Notes: a model not told the origin generated them from the sequence alone. DNA of 64,000 nt from Thermodesulfobacteriota bacterium (GCA_965215275.1 OZ244044.1:576001-640000), one strand, 5' to 3'; shown: positions 11,523 to 21,804, counted from the stretch's first letter. Program-made: numbers and translations.

Positions 11523-12152
11523 ATGACCGATAAAAGACCTTATACTCGCGAGAAACTTATTTATAAAAGATTTGTCTCACGTTTTAGTCCTACTAGTGTA
11601 GAGAGATATGTCCCTAACAGGCGAGGTTTAGAAGGTTTATTTGTAATCAGAGAGGTCGACCTGTGGAACAAGGGTATTGAAGAAATATATATAGTCGTTG
11701 ATGCTTCTTCATCGTTTGATGAAAAGAAATTATCATCTGTTATTCACCACATTTACAAACTTTTAGTCAGAGACAGAGTTGACGTTAAATGGAATATACT
11801 GATCTTTGCCACCAAGGCTGAACTGATCAAAAAAGTTAAAATAAAAAACGCTGATACCGTCTGTGAGATCATTAATGAAAACCGGGATAAAGTTGGCAGT
11901 ACTGCTGAATTTGCACCAGTCGAAAGCATTTTAAGGAAGAATTTTGGAAATATAACAGGGATAATTTTTGTTAGTGACTACGATTTTACAGAAGAGGACA
12001 GAAAGAATTTTTATCAGTTCGTTATTAAAAAATCACTTGCTGGATTTAAAGTTCCAATGCTGGTAATTGAGGTCGGTGGTGCCGTTCAGGAAGAAGTTAT
12101 ACAGACTTTCAGTAAAAAATCACACATAGACCTTTGCATTTTTAACTATTGA
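11523..12152 (+). CDS. hypothetical protein with a vWA-like domain
   Basis: IYIVVDASSS (DxSxS MIDAS-like), later IIFVSD; AT-rich relative to flanks. Confidence 0.55.
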   Translation: MTDKRPYTREKLIYKRFVSRFSPTSVERYVPNRRGLEGLFVIREVDLWNKGIEEIYIVVDASSSFDEKKLSSVIHHIYKLLVRDRVDVKWNILIFATKAELIKKVKIKNADTVCEIINENRDKVGSTAEFAPVESILRKNFGNITGIIFVSDYDFTEEDRKNFYQFVIKKSLAGFKVPMLVIEVGGAVQEEVIQTFSKKSHIDLCIFNY

Positions 12153-12165
12153 TCAACGGTCCTGC

Positions 12166-12951
12166 TTACTTGATCTCTATTTCCCGCTCGGTAGCGTTCC
12201 AGTCCGCCTGAATTAACTTACCGTCCTTGTCCAGCACCTCTAACCTGATATGGTAGGTGCCAGTACTGAGACCAGATACAAAAGCTGGTGTCCATTCGTC
12301 AGTTTCAAAAATATATTCACGGGTGTCACCTTTTTTACGGACCCTGTACCTTGCCGTATTCCCGTCGGCACTCAGTTCCACGTTGTTTAAATAAAAATCC
12401 AGCATGATCTTTTTTGCAGCATCACCAGCATAAACCCCTTTAGGACGGCTATAAACAACAAAAGGACTTCCTGTTCTTACAGGCTGAAATTCCAATCTGT
12501 TACCAGTCAGCTTAAAACTGACCACGCTGCCTGCACCCGGCGTCTTGACGCTTTCATGATAGGAACGGCCTGGAAATGCAAACAGCGTGTGCTGTCCTTC
12601 CGTTACTTCCTTTATATGTACCAGGTTATCCTTACCGTGCCTGTAAATCGCCAGATATGGCTTATTATCTATGATCAGATGAACGTGCTGCCCTCTTGGG
12701 GAATTTGCTATCTCCGCCGCTCTCGGCGTCTTTGTCTGAATACCTAACACAAAATCATCCACGTCCAGTTCCACGTCAATCCCGTTACCCTTCCTGGTGA
12801 TATTTACGATCCTTACATTAGGTTTTCCCGAAACTGCAGGTGACCTTTCTGCCTTGCTGATAACCACACCCGTTTTATTCCAGCAACCGGCCGCAAACGT
12901 TAATGCAGTTATAACAGAAATAAAAAGAACTTTAACTCGTTTAATCTTCAT
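12166..12951 (-). CDS. hypothetical lipoprotein
   Basis: Lipobox AAGC after a hydrophobic stretch; His-containing GQHVHLIID and RSYHES motifs. Confidence 0.6.
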   Translation of the reverse strand: MKIKRVKVLFISVITALTFAAGCWNKTGVVISKAERSPAVSGKPNVRIVNITRKGNGIDVELDVDDFVLGIQTKTPRAAEIANSPRGQHVHLIIDNKPYLAIYRHGKDNLVHIKEVTEGQHTLFAFPGRSYHESVKTPGAGSVVSFKLTGNRLEFQPVRTGSPFVVYSRPKGVYAGDAAKKIMLDFYLNNVELSADGNTARYRVRKKGDTREYIFETDEWTPAFVSGLSTGTYHIRLEVLDKDGKLIQADWNATEREIEIK

Positions 12952-13017
12952 TTTTTCAACCCGCTTAAAAATTTCAGTTATGATTTATATCAAGTAGTAT
13001 TATAACACCAGAGAAAA

Positions 13018-14046
13018 ATGAAAAGAAGACCGTCTCAAACCGTTCCCCATGAGGACATAGCAGGTCTGGACGTTCCCAGCAGACCAAGAAGGAACAGAAA
13101 GTCCGAGAGTATCAGAAAGCTGATACGAGAATCCCATCTTACACCGGGTGACCTCATTTATCCCCTGTTTATACACGATAAGGATACCGATGAAGATATA
13201 AGTTCAATGCCCGGATGTAAAAGGTTTGGCATAAAAGGACTGCTGAACGAAGTAAGAACGTCCCTTAAGCTCGGAATTTCGGCATTCGTGCTGTTCCCTG
13301 CAATCAAGGAAGATCTGAAGTCCTCTTTATGCGAGGAGTCGTATAACAAGGATGGACTGGTTCAAAGGGCCGTCAGATCGATCAAGGAAAATATCCCCGA
13401 GGCCACGGTCATAACCGACGTCGCCCTTGATCCCTATAACAGCGATGGACACGACGGAGTTGTATCTCCCAAGGGTGAAATACTGAACGACTACACGGTT
13501 GAGGTGCTGTGCAAGCAGGCACTCTCACACGCACGGTCCGGGGCAGACGTCGTTTCACCAAGCGATATGATGGACGGAAGGATAGGTGCTATCAGAGAGA
13601 CGCTTGACGAAGAGGAGTTTACAGGCGTTTCAATTATGTCCTACACGGCAAAATACGCATCGTCGTTTTACGGGCCATTTCGTGGTGCACTGGATTCCGC
13701 TCCCAAATCAGGTGATAAGAAAACCTATCAGATGGACCCTGCCAATTCCCGTGAGGCGTTAAGGGAACTTATGCTCGATGAAGAGGAAGGTGCCGATATA
13801 GTGATGGTCAAGCCCGCCGGATACTATCTTGACCTTGTACATCTCTTTAAAGAAAACACGGAACTCCCGGTTGCCTCATATCAGGTAAGTGGTGAGTATC
13901 TGATGATCAAGGCAGCTTCGGCTTCAGGATGGTTAGATGAAGATAAGGCCGTTTTAGAAAGCCTGATGAGCATAAAACGAGCAGGTGCTGATATGATACT
14001 GACGTATTTTGCACCAAAAGCGGCTTTACTTCTGAGAGATACTTAA
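13018..14046 (+). CDS. hemB: porphobilinogen synthase
   Basis: RPRRNR, DVALDPY, PSDMMDGR, YGPFR, MVKPA, YQVSGEY. Confidence 0.97.
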   Translation: MKRRPSQTVPHEDIAGLDVPSRPRRNRKSESIRKLIRESHLTPGDLIYPLFIHDKDTDEDISSMPGCKRFGIKGLLNEVRTSLKLGISAFVLFPAIKEDLKSSLCEESYNKDGLVQRAVRSIKENIPEATVITDVALDPYNSDGHDGVVSPKGEILNDYTVEVLCKQALSHARSGADVVSPSDMMDGRIGAIRETLDEEEFTGVSIMSYTAKYASSFYGPFRGALDSAPKSGDKKTYQMDPANSREALRELMLDEEEGADIVMVKPAGYYLDLVHLFKENTELPVASYQVSGEYLMIKAASASGWLDEDKAVLESLMSIKRAGADMILTYFAPKAALLLRDT

Positions 14047-14153
14047 CGATCAGAGGTATATTTAACAGAACTGCAGAGCGTTAAGGTCCGTATGCTCAGA
14101 TCCGACAGGAAAGAACACGGACAAAGATATCAGCTAAATGTATTATCGTTCTC

Positions 14154-14182
14154 TTTACAATTCCACAGACTTTTGATACAAT
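14154..14182 (+). promoter_or_regulatory. sigma70-type promoter of the L31 gene
   Basis: TTTACA (14154-14159), 17-bp spacer, TACAAT (14177-14182). Confidence 0.55.
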
Positions 14183-14214
14183 GTTTTGTTTACGATTTAT
14201 GAGGTGAAAAAAGT

Positions 14215-14493
14215 ATGAAAAAAGGCATACACCCTGAATACAATTACGTGGTCTTTAAAGACGCCTCCTCTGATTTTGCAGTGCTGACAAGATCGACCAG
14301 GACCTCCGAAGAGAAGATCAAATGGACAGATGGTAATGAATATCCGCTCATTACGGTCGAGATATCAAGTGGTTCCCATCCCTTTTACACCGGAAAGGAA
14401 AAGTCCTACGAGAAAGAAGGCCGCGTGGAACGATTCATGAAGAAATACGGCAAAGCGACTAAAAAATCAGAAACGCAGGAAAAAAACACCTGA
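14215..14493 (+). CDS. rpmE2: 50S ribosomal protein L31 type B (Cys-free)
   Basis: [33 protein letters not shown]; no Zn-binding Cys. Confidence 0.93.
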   Translation: MKKGIHPEYNYVVFKDASSDFAVLTRSTRTSEEKIKWTDGNEYPLITVEISSGSHPFYTGKEKSYEKEGRVERFMKKYGKATKKSETQEKNT

Positions 14494-15243
14494 TCAGAAT
14501 ACCATTTCCTCACCGTCCCGGGGAATTAACAGTCTGTCGGGGCTGATATTTTCCCTGTCGGCAAGTTTTCTCAGATCCGCTCTTGTTATCTTGTAGTGAT
14601 CAAGGCTTTCCATGTGGACCGCCACGACCTTTGCCTCAGGTGCGAACTTACACGTGCTCACGGTCTGAAAACCGTCCATGACTATCGGTTCGGAATTACC
14701 CAGCCTTGCACCACTTGAATGAGTAATGATAACGTCGGGCTTATGCTCAAGAATTACGCTTTCTACCCCGTCGTACCATATAGTATCACCAGCCCAGTAA
14801 ACCGTTGGCTCATTTTCAGCTTTAAAGACAAAGCCCGATACCTTTCCCATTGACTGTGCCCATACCCCTACCCCGTGCTGACCTGCGACCCTGGTTATTT
14901 CGATACCTTCCCATACGGATGAGCTCTCGACCGGACGCACGTTCGTAAAACCGGTGCTCCCGATCATCGGTTCATCGCCCGGCTGACAGAATATGGTCAG
15001 GTCCCTGGGCATGACCTCCTGGGCTTTTGGATCAAAATGATCTATATGAAGATGTGAAACGATGCAGAGTTCAACACCTGACAGTACCTCTTCGATCGGT
15101 ACCGGCATATCCTCGAGTGGATTAGGGGACCGGCCGATAAAAGTTTCGTAAGCATACTTTCCTGCAAGCATAGGGTCCGTTAAAACCGTCCTTCCAGCAT
15201 ACTCAATCTTCATCGTGGCATTTCTTATAAGTCGTAATTTCAT
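14494..15243 (-). CDS. MBL-fold metallo-hydrolase
   Basis: IRNAT, TDPML, SHLHIDHFD, AGDT, VHM; ATG at 15243 preferred over the ORF-track start. Confidence 0.88.
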   Translation of the reverse strand: MKLRLIRNATMKIEYAGRTVLTDPMLAGKYAYETFIGRSPNPLEDMPVPIEEVLSGVELCIVSHLHIDHFDPKAQEVMPRDLTIFCQPGDEPMIGSTGFTNVRPVESSSVWEGIEITRVAGQHGVGVWAQSMGKVSGFVFKAENEPTVYWAGDTIWYDGVESVILEHKPDVIITHSSGARLGNSEPIVMDGFQTVSTCKFAPEAKVVAVHMESLDHYKITRADLRKLADRENISPDRLLIPRDGEEMVF

Positions 15244-15265
15244 TTCGGTCGCTCCCGGTTCAGTT

Positions 15266-15856
15266 TCAGGACCTTGCAAATTTTATAAGCGGTTCAAAGT
15301 TAAATTTATCAGCTTCCTTCAATGCCTTGATATATACTTTCCTTATCTTGCCTTTCTGGATCAAACTGACTCCCCCACCCCAGGTGAACCTTTTCCGCTT
15401 AAGTACGTTCTCAAGAAGAATATCCGCCATCAGCCTTGAAGTCCTGCCGTTACCATTACTGAAAGGATGGATAAAGACCAGGCGATGATGAAGTCTCGCG
15501 GCTATTTCATCCGGGGGATAGGTGTTACTTTCTATCCATATCTCCACGTCTCTGCACATATTCCTTACGGAAGAAGATATCTCCCACCATGATACCCCGA
15601 TGTTCGTATCCTGTTTTCTGAAATAACCGGCGTTTTTCCATACCTGACCGAACATCCTGCGATGCAGGTCCCTTATAAACTTTCCGCTCAGGATATTATC
15701 AGGTTTTACCTTTTTCAGCCAGATCAATGCCTCTTTAATGTTCTGATATTCCCATCTGTTCAAATCTTCACGGTTAGTAACATGGATCAATAAAAGCTCT
15801 CTTGCCTCGTCCGGGTCGATCGGGGTTGATCCCATTGGGGCTTTATTTTTGCTCAT
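15266..15856 (-). CDS. mobile mystery protein B (Fic-domain protein)
   Basis: GSTPIDPDE N-terminus, LHRRMFGQVW, Fic motif HPFSNGNGRTSR, FTWGG, C-terminal FARS. Confidence 0.88.
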   Translation of the reverse strand: MSKNKAPMGSTPIDPDEARELLLIHVTNREDLNRWEYQNIKEALIWLKKVKPDNILSGKFIRDLHRRMFGQVWKNAGYFRKQDTNIGVSWWEISSSVRNMCRDVEIWIESNTYPPDEIAARLHHRLVFIHPFSNGNGRTSRLMADILLENVLKRKRFTWGGGVSLIQKGKIRKVYIKALKEADKFNFEPLIKFARS

Positions 15857-15859
15857 TGA

Positions 15860-16327
15860 CTAATCCCACAGGTCTCTGGGCATATCGTTCATTATGCCTT
15901 CCACGTCTTCTGAAAATAAATTTTTCAAATTCTTATCCTTTATTTTCTGCTTTTCAAGGACCATTGTCTGATCAACTATTTTCAGTCTTTCTCTTGCGAC
16001 CTCTTCAGCTCTCTTTCTTACGGTGTCCTCCAGACTGGTCCGAGGAATAAGGCTATAGACAAGAACACAGTCCAGACTTTCAGCAACCTTTCTGAGGGTT
16101 TTTATCGTTATGGAACCCACGACCTCATCCTGCTCAAGCCTGGCAACGCTCTGCTTGGACGTATTCAGCCTCCTGGCAAGCTGCCTTCCGCTCATTCCCA
16201 GCCCTTCCCTTATTGAACGTATCCAGCCAAGTGGAGGAGTTCTGAGCTTTTTCAGCAAAGCGAACCCGGACAAAGCCCCGTCTATCTGTTCTCTTACGAT
16301 CTTTTTTTTCGTCTTCATAATTGACAA
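15860..16327 (-). CDS. mobile mystery protein A (XRE-type HTH)
   Basis: PPLGWIRSIREGLGMSGRQLARRL HTH, TMVLEKQ, C-terminal LWD; directly upstream of the Fic gene. Confidence 0.88.
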   Translation of the reverse strand: MSIMKTKKKIVREQIDGALSGFALLKKLRTPPLGWIRSIREGLGMSGRQLARRLNTSKQSVARLEQDEVVGSITIKTLRKVAESLDCVLVYSLIPRTSLEDTVRKRAEEVARERLKIVDQTMVLEKQKIKDKNLKNLFSEDVEGIMNDMPRDLWD

Positions 16328-16350
16328 TATATATTATGACTTTTATTTTT

Positions 16351-16376
16351 ATATGACAATATATATATTGTCATAT
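16351..16376. promoter_or_regulatory. perfect 26-bp palindrome, candidate operator of the HTH-Fic operon
   Basis: ATATGACAATATATATATTGTCATAT equals its own reverse complement; minus-strand TTGACA at 16388-16393; extra half site TGACAATATATA at 16322. Confidence 0.65.
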
Positions 16377-16546
16377 CTCCACGACCCTGTCAAGTTCCAA
16401 TGTAAGTTATTTTACTACTTCTGGATCGTTAAAGTCAATTATCAGGAGTTCACAGGTGTTTCGAACGAACGTGGACGACCGAGCAGCAGCTCAGGCAAAA
16501 CGGACCGAGAACTTCCAGGGTTACAGTATTTACGGACCTGTAGGGT

Positions 16547-17449
16547 TCAATCAGCTGCCTTTGACAGCAGGGATTCTGCCAGACGCTTACCCATATCTTC
16601 GGCTTCCTGCCTGCTGCCATCTGACCTTTCAGTTACAAGATCCCTGCCAAGTTCATCAGATACAAACCCTACTGCGCTCATGCCTTCCCCTGACGCTCTG
16701 GCATAGCAACCGGCGGGAACGTTGCAGTCACCTTCCAGGTGCTTCAGGAAAGACCTTTCAAGTAAGGTCTCGTACAGCGTCTCCGGATGGTTTATATCAT
16801 CCAGTATATCGCTGATATACTTATCGTCTTCTCTGGATTCCATGGCGATAGTTCCCTGACCCGGTGCAGGGATGAAAACGTTTGGGTCCAGGACCTGAGA
16901 GATCTTATGCTGAAGGTCCATCCTGTTCAGTCCGGCTCTGGCAAGGATCACGGCGTCAAGGTCCTCAAGGTACAGCTTTTTAACCCTTGTATCCACGTTC
17001 CCTCTGATAGGAACGACTTCAAGGTGTGGATAATAGTGCAGTATTTGTGCCTTTCTTCTAACGCTTCCGGTCCCGACCCTGGAACCGGGGATCAGATCAT
17101 CAAGGTGACGGTTTTTTTTTGAAACGACCGCGTCCTCGGGATGATCCCTTTCAGAGACCGCTCCGATCTTAAGCCCGTCAGGAAGTTCCGATGGAAGGTC
17201 CTTTAAACTGTGCACGGCAACATCGACCTCTTCGTTCAGGAGCGATACTTCGATCTCCCTGACAAAAGCACCCTTACCTCCTATATCAGAAAGAGAAGAC
17301 GCGGACATCCTGTCTCCGCGGGTTTTTATAATGGATATCTGAACATCGGTATCAGGGAGACGCTCCAGCAGTGCGGACCTTACAGAACCGGCCTGCCAAA
17401 GTGCCAGTTTACTTCCCCTGGTTCCAACTATTAACGTTCTCCTCGTCAC
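16547..17449 (-). CDS. hemC: hydroxymethylbilane synthase
   Basis: GTRGSKLALWQA, GGKGAFVRE, VHSLKD, IRGNVDTR, PAPGQG, LEGDC; GTG start at 17449 inferred. Confidence 0.95.
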   Translation of the reverse strand: MTRRTLIVGTRGSKLALWQAGSVRSALLERLPDTDVQISIIKTRGDRMSASSLSDIGGKGAFVREIEVSLLNEEVDVAVHSLKDLPSELPDGLKIGAVSERDHPEDAVVSKKNRHLDDLIPGSRVGTGSVRRKAQILHYYPHLEVVPIRGNVDTRVKKLYLEDLDAVILARAGLNRMDLQHKISQVLDPNVFIPAPGQGTIAMESREDDKYISDILDDINHPETLYETLLERSFLKHLEGDCNVPAGCYARASGEGMSAVGFVSDELGRDLVTERSDGSRQEAEDMGKRLAESLLSKAAD

Positions 17450-18740
17450 TTTGCGGGATCTCCAGCTTTTCACCCAGACCGTAAAGCCTCTGGATAGTTT
17501 CAGAATAAAGCATTCCGACCGAGGTCGAGGATTCTCTTTTAAGTCCTGAAATCGGTCCGTGAAGCACCTTGGCAATGATCCTGTCAGCCAAATTATCAAT
17601 AACCTTCTTCTGTTCCTGCTCAAGATGACCGAGCTTGCCGTACGCCCGTTCGAGTTCCCCGGTCTTTATATCTTCCATCTTGTCCTTCAGTTTTATTATC
17701 GTTGGAACTCCCTTTAAACCGTTGATCCAGTTTATAAACCTTGAAGTGTGTTCCTCCACGATCCTCTCGGCCTCTGCCGCACTTTCTTCTCTCTTGTTGA
17801 TATTCTGGTCCAGTACGCTCTGAAGGTCGTCAATATCATAGAGATATACACCTGAAATATCGTTCACCCTTGGGTCAATGTTCCTCGGTACCGCAAGGTC
17901 AACAAAGAACATCAGTTCGTTCCTTCTGAGCCTGAGCGCCTGCAGGACGTGCTCGGACTTAAAGATAAAATCACTGGAACCGGTCGCGGTAACCACTATA
18001 TCGACGTCAGTGAGCTTATAATATATATCTTCAAATCTGACCGGCGTGCCGTGAAGCCGGCGTGCGAGAATTTCCGCGTTCTCATGGTTCCTGCTGGCTA
18101 TGTACAGGTCCTTTATTCCAGATCTTATCAGATTTCTTGCAGTCAGTTCAGCTATCTCTCCGGTACCTATGAGCAGCACGCTCCTGTTGTCAAGGTCGTC
18201 AAATATCCTCTTTGACAGCTTAACCGCAAGATAACCAACTGATACCGACAGGGAACCTATGTTCGTGTCGGAACGAACTCGCTTGGCCACGGAAAAGGCG
18301 TATTGAAAAAGTCTGTGAAGTATTATCCCCGCTGCTCCGCTCTGAAGGGAACCGTTGTACGATTCTTTGACCTGACCGAGTATCTGTGGCTCACCTATCA
18401 GCATGGAATCAAGGCTGCAGGATACTCTGAGCAGATGCCTTACGGCCTGAGCGTTGGAGTAGCTGTAAAAATTATCGTCTATGATCTTTCTGTTCAGGCC
18501 ATTTTCAGAAATAAAATATTCCTGTACGTCGTCTATAAACGAGTCGTGATCATCAGTAACGGCGTATATCTCAGTACGGTTGCACGTCGATATTATGACA
18601 CACTCGTTTATGCTTTTCCTTTCCCTGAACTTTGTAACGGGATCAGCCGAACTGACGCCCAGTGCGATCTGTTCCCTTATGTGCACCGGAGCGGTTTTGT
18701 GGCTAATTCCATATACTATTAATTGATACATAGCTGTCAA
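17409..18740 (-). CDS. hemA: glutamyl-tRNA reductase
   Basis: GISHKTAPV, STCNRTE, GEPQILGQVK, DLAVPRNID. Confidence 0.96.
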   Translation of the reverse strand: MTAMYQLIVYGISHKTAPVHIREQIALGVSSADPVTKFRERKSINECVIISTCNRTEIYAVTDDHDSFIDDVQEYFISENGLNRKIIDDNFYSYSNAQAVRHLLRVSCSLDSMLIGEPQILGQVKESYNGSLQSGAAGIILHRLFQYAFSVAKRVRSDTNIGSLSVSVGYLAVKLSKRIFDDLDNRSVLLIGTGEIAELTARNLIRSGIKDLYIASRNHENAEILARRLHGTPVRFEDIYYKLTDVDIVVTATGSSDFIFKSEHVLQALRLRRNELMFFVDLAVPRNIDPRVNDISGVYLYDIDDLQSVLDQNINKREESAAEAERIVEEHTSRFINWINGLKGVPTIIKLKDKMEDIKTGELERAYGKLGHLEQEQKKVIDNLADRIIAKVLHGPISGLKRESSTSVGMLYSETIQRLYGLGEKLEIPQSDEENVNSWNQGK

Positions 18741-18759
18741 ACCTGCATAAGAACGGTCA

Positions 18760-19329
18760 TTACTTGAACCTGTGTTCGCTCTTGTGACTGATCAGGCTCA
18801 GAAGTTCCATCCTTGTTCTCTCGTCCTTTCTGAACGAACCGAGCATGGAGCTTGTGAGCATGTTGGCATCTGATTTCATTATTCCTCTCATCGCCATACA
18901 CAGATGAAAACCGTTAACAACTACAGCAACGCCCTTTGGATCTAACGCATCGTTCAGAAAATTCGCTATCTGCACCGTCATGTTCTCCTGCACCTGAAGC
19001 CTTTTGGCGTAAATATCCACAATTCTTGGTATTTTGCTGAGCCCTATTACCTTTCCATTCGGAACATACGCAACGTGACACTTGCCGAAAAAAGGAAGTA
19101 TATGATGCTCGCAAAGACTGTAAAACTCAATATCCTTTACAATGATCATCTCGTCATAATCAATATCATATATAGCTTCGTTTATGGTATCTTTCGGACA
19201 TTCCTTATAGCCACGGGTAAGTTCTCCGTACAGTCTTGCAACCCTTTCAGGAGTGCCTTTCAGTCCTTCCCTGTCAGGATCTTCCCCTATTGATCCCAGG
19301 ATCTCCCTAACGGCATTTTCCACGCTCAT
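18760..19329 (-). CDS. folE: GTP cyclohydrolase I
   Basis: [38 protein letters not shown]. Confidence 0.97.
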   Translation of the reverse strand: MSVENAVREILGSIGEDPDREGLKGTPERVARLYGELTRGYKECPKDTINEAIYDIDYDEMIIVKDIEFYSLCEHHILPFFGKCHVAYVPNGKVIGLSKIPRIVDIYAKRLQVQENMTVQIANFLNDALDPKGVAVVVNGFHLCMAMRGIMKSDANMLTSSMLGSFRKDERTRMELLSLISHKSEHRFK

Positions 19330-19745
19330 CTGATCTCCTCCTTGTAATACTCAAAACAGCTTCTGTCATTTTCCCATACTTTCACGTACTTAAGTGCACC
19401 ATTGAACCTGCCGGACAGACAATTCCAGATATAAACCGCGATATTCTCCACCGTGGACTGGTTCTTCCGAAAGTACTCGACCTCCTGGTCTATCCTTCTG
19501 TGATCAAGGCTGTTCTTTATCTCGTTAACGCCGTCCTCGATCGCCGGTCTTTCCATTATCATACCCGTGCTTTCCGATATGTCCGATGAAACCCTGAACT
19601 CGACCTTATAATCATGTCCATGACCCTGCGGATTTGCACATTTATCAAAGATCTTAAGATTTTCCTCCTCGCCCATACCTTCCACAAAGAGCCTGTGTCC
19701 CGCGGAAAAATCAAAGACCCTGGTAAGAAAGACCTTTTCCATCAC
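19326..19745 (-). CDS. PTPS/QueD-family protein (Cys-containing)
   Basis: [31 protein letters not shown]. Confidence 0.88.
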   Translation of the reverse strand: MMEKVFLTRVFDFSAGHRLFVEGMGEEENLKIFDKCANPQGHGHDYKVEFRVSSDISESTGMIMERPAIEDGVNEIKNSLDHRRIDQEVEYFRKNQSTVENIAVYIWNCLSGRFNGALKYVKVWENDRSCFEYYKEEIR

Positions 19746-20170
19746 TCCTTCCAGTAATCAACGTAGAGATCATCCGTCTCATAAAGTCTGACCTTAAAAA
19801 GCCTGCAGTCGGCACCCCTTTGGCTCAGCTCATCCTCAATATCGCTCCACAACGTCCTGGCAATGTTCTCAGGCGTTGGTATAAGGGTCCTGAACGCTTC
19901 AACGTCCTCGTTTAAAAATTTATGGTCGTACTTTTCCAGAACGGTATTCAATATGGATTTCAGGTCAAAGATGTTTATAACCATTCCCGTCTGTTCATCG
20001 ATCTCTCCGGTAACCGTTGCCTCGACCTTGAAATTATGACCATGTCCCAAGGGAAAGGTGCTCTTGCCAAATATCTTTTTATTGGTGTCCTCGTCCCAGC
20101 TGGTGTTCCAGTACCTGTGAGAAGCTGAGAACTCAGCTTTTTGCGTTATCAGATTTTTATGCACCGTCAT
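19742..20170 (-). CDS. PTPS/QueD-family protein (no motif Cys)
   Basis: FSASHRY, GKSTFPLGHGHNF, YDHKFLN, PTPENIA, LYET. Confidence 0.85.
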   Translation of the reverse strand: MTVHKNLITQKAEFSASHRYWNTSWDEDTNKKIFGKSTFPLGHGHNFKVEATVTGEIDEQTGMVINIFDLKSILNTVLEKYDHKFLNEDVEAFRTLIPTPENIARTLWSDIEDELSQRGADCRLFKVRLYETDDLYVDYWKE

Positions 20171-21756
20171 TTAAGTTTAACCGATCTCAATATATTTTCT
20201 TCCAGGTCGGTCGCTTCCCGTGCTGCACTGGCCCTGTCCGCCAAAAGCTTATTGAAGGCAGGTCCTATCCTGTCAAGCGTAGGCTCTATCTTATCAAGAA
20301 AAGGTTTTGGATAAACGCCCATTATTATGATCATCACGGCTATCGGGAGCATGGACACGGATTCCCTTACGTTCATATCCGAGAGTCCCCTGTTCTGTCC
20401 TTTATCCAGTGGACCGAACATGACCCTCTGATAAGCCCAGAGCATATACACTGCCCCCAGCACGAGCCCGGTCGCTCCAAAGGCCGCAAGGACGTAACTT
20501 TCCTTGAATACTCCAAGCAGGATCAGAAACTCTCCAATAAAACCATTAAGGAGAGGCAGTCCTATGGAGGCAAGCATCGCGAGCATAAAAAACGCCGCAA
20601 ACACCGGCATTACCTTCGCAATACCGCCAAAATCCACGATCTTTTTAGTATGGCGACGATCGTATAACATCCCGACCAGCAAGAACAACGCACCGGTCGA
20701 AAGTCCGTGAGACACCATATGATAGACAGCTCCTTCCACTCCCTGTAAGTTCAAGACGAATATACCGAGCATGATCAATCCGAGATGACTCACGCTTGAA
20801 TAGGCAACCAGTTTTTTCAAGTCTTTCTGTGCAAAAGCGACCATAGCAGCATAGATCACACCTATGATGGCAATTATGGATAAAATGGGGACGTAAGCGA
20901 TCGTTGCCTCAGGAAAGAAAGGTATCAGAAACCTTAAAAAACCATACACTCCCATTTTAAGCAGAACACTTGCAAGGATCACGCTCCCGGCCGTTGGAGC
21001 TTCAACGTGTGCATCGGGAAGCCACGTGTGGAACGGGAACATCGGCACTTTGATCGCAAACGCGAGAAAAAAGGCAAAAAAGCAAAGGCCTTGAGGACTT
21101 AAGAACCCTGAGAACGGCAGCGTTACGTTGTACAGGTCGTATATGTTCATTGAAGCAAAACCCATCTGCCCTTTATGTGCGAAGTAAAGATAGAGGATCG
21201 CAACAAGCATCAGACCGCTTCCCAGTGCCGTGTAAATAAAAAACTTTATCGCCGCGTAAATCCTTCTCTCTGTACCCCATATACCTATAATGAAGTACAT
21301 CGGTATAAGCACCGCTTCCCAGAATACAAAGAAAAGTATCAGATCGAGTGCCGCAAAGGTTCCGATCAAAGCAGTTTCCAGAAGGAGGATAAGGCTCAGC
21401 ATTTCCCCCAGTCCTTTCTGAATGGAGTTCCATGTACACAAAAGCGTAACAGGGACTATGAAGGTCGTAAGGAGTACCAGAAGAAGACTTATGCCATCCA
21501 GACCCACGTGATAACTGATCCCCAGATCGGTCAGCCACTCCACTTTCTGTTCAAACTGGATACCACCAAATGAACTTTTAAAATTGATGAATAAAGGAAT
21601 TGAGATCAAAAACTCGATCGCGGAAACGGCAAACGCTCCAATTTTTATGTATTGCTCCGACTTTTTGAACAACAGAGAGCAAAACAGAATAAAAACGATC
21701 CCGATCAAAGGGAAAAAGATCAGCAGGCTAAGATTTACCGGAAAAAATGCGTCCAA
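20167..21756 (-). CDS. nuoM: NADH-quinone oxidoreductase subunit M
   Basis: GLDGIS, FFVFWE, IKVPMFPFHTWLPDAHVEAPT, LLKMG, AYSSVSH, GEF. Confidence 0.95.
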   Translation of the reverse strand: MDAFFPVNLSLLIFFPLIGIVFILFCSLLFKKSEQYIKIGAFAVSAIEFLISIPLFINFKSSFGGIQFEQKVEWLTDLGISYHVGLDGISLLLVLLTTFIVPVTLLCTWNSIQKGLGEMLSLILLLETALIGTFAALDLILFFVFWEAVLIPMYFIIGIWGTERRIYAAIKFFIYTALGSGLMLVAILYLYFAHKGQMGFASMNIYDLYNVTLPFSGFLSPQGLCFFAFFLAFAIKVPMFPFHTWLPDAHVEAPTAGSVILASVLLKMGVYGFLRFLIPFFPEATIAYVPILSIIAIIGVIYAAMVAFAQKDLKKLVAYSSVSHLGLIMLGIFVLNLQGVEGAVYHMVSHGLSTGALFLLVGMLYDRRHTKKIVDFGGIAKVMPVFAAFFMLAMLASIGLPLLNGFIGEFLILLGVFKESYVLAAFGATGLVLGAVYMLWAYQRVMFGPLDKGQNRGLSDMNVRESVSMLPIAVMIIIMGVYPKPFLDKIEPTLDRIGPAFNKLLADRASAAREATDLEENILRSVKLK

Positions 21757-21804
21757 ATTTTGGTCCTCTTGGGTTAATGTGCGAAAAAACAGTTCAATTA
21801 TACT

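Noticed and set aside
16110..16815. Plus-strand ORFs of 198 and 119 aa
   Set aside because: Overlap antisense to the HTH gene and hemC; no recognisable motifs.
17450..17623. N-terminal extension of hemC given by the ORF track
   Set aside because: Lies inside hemA; HemC similarity begins at the GTG at 17449.
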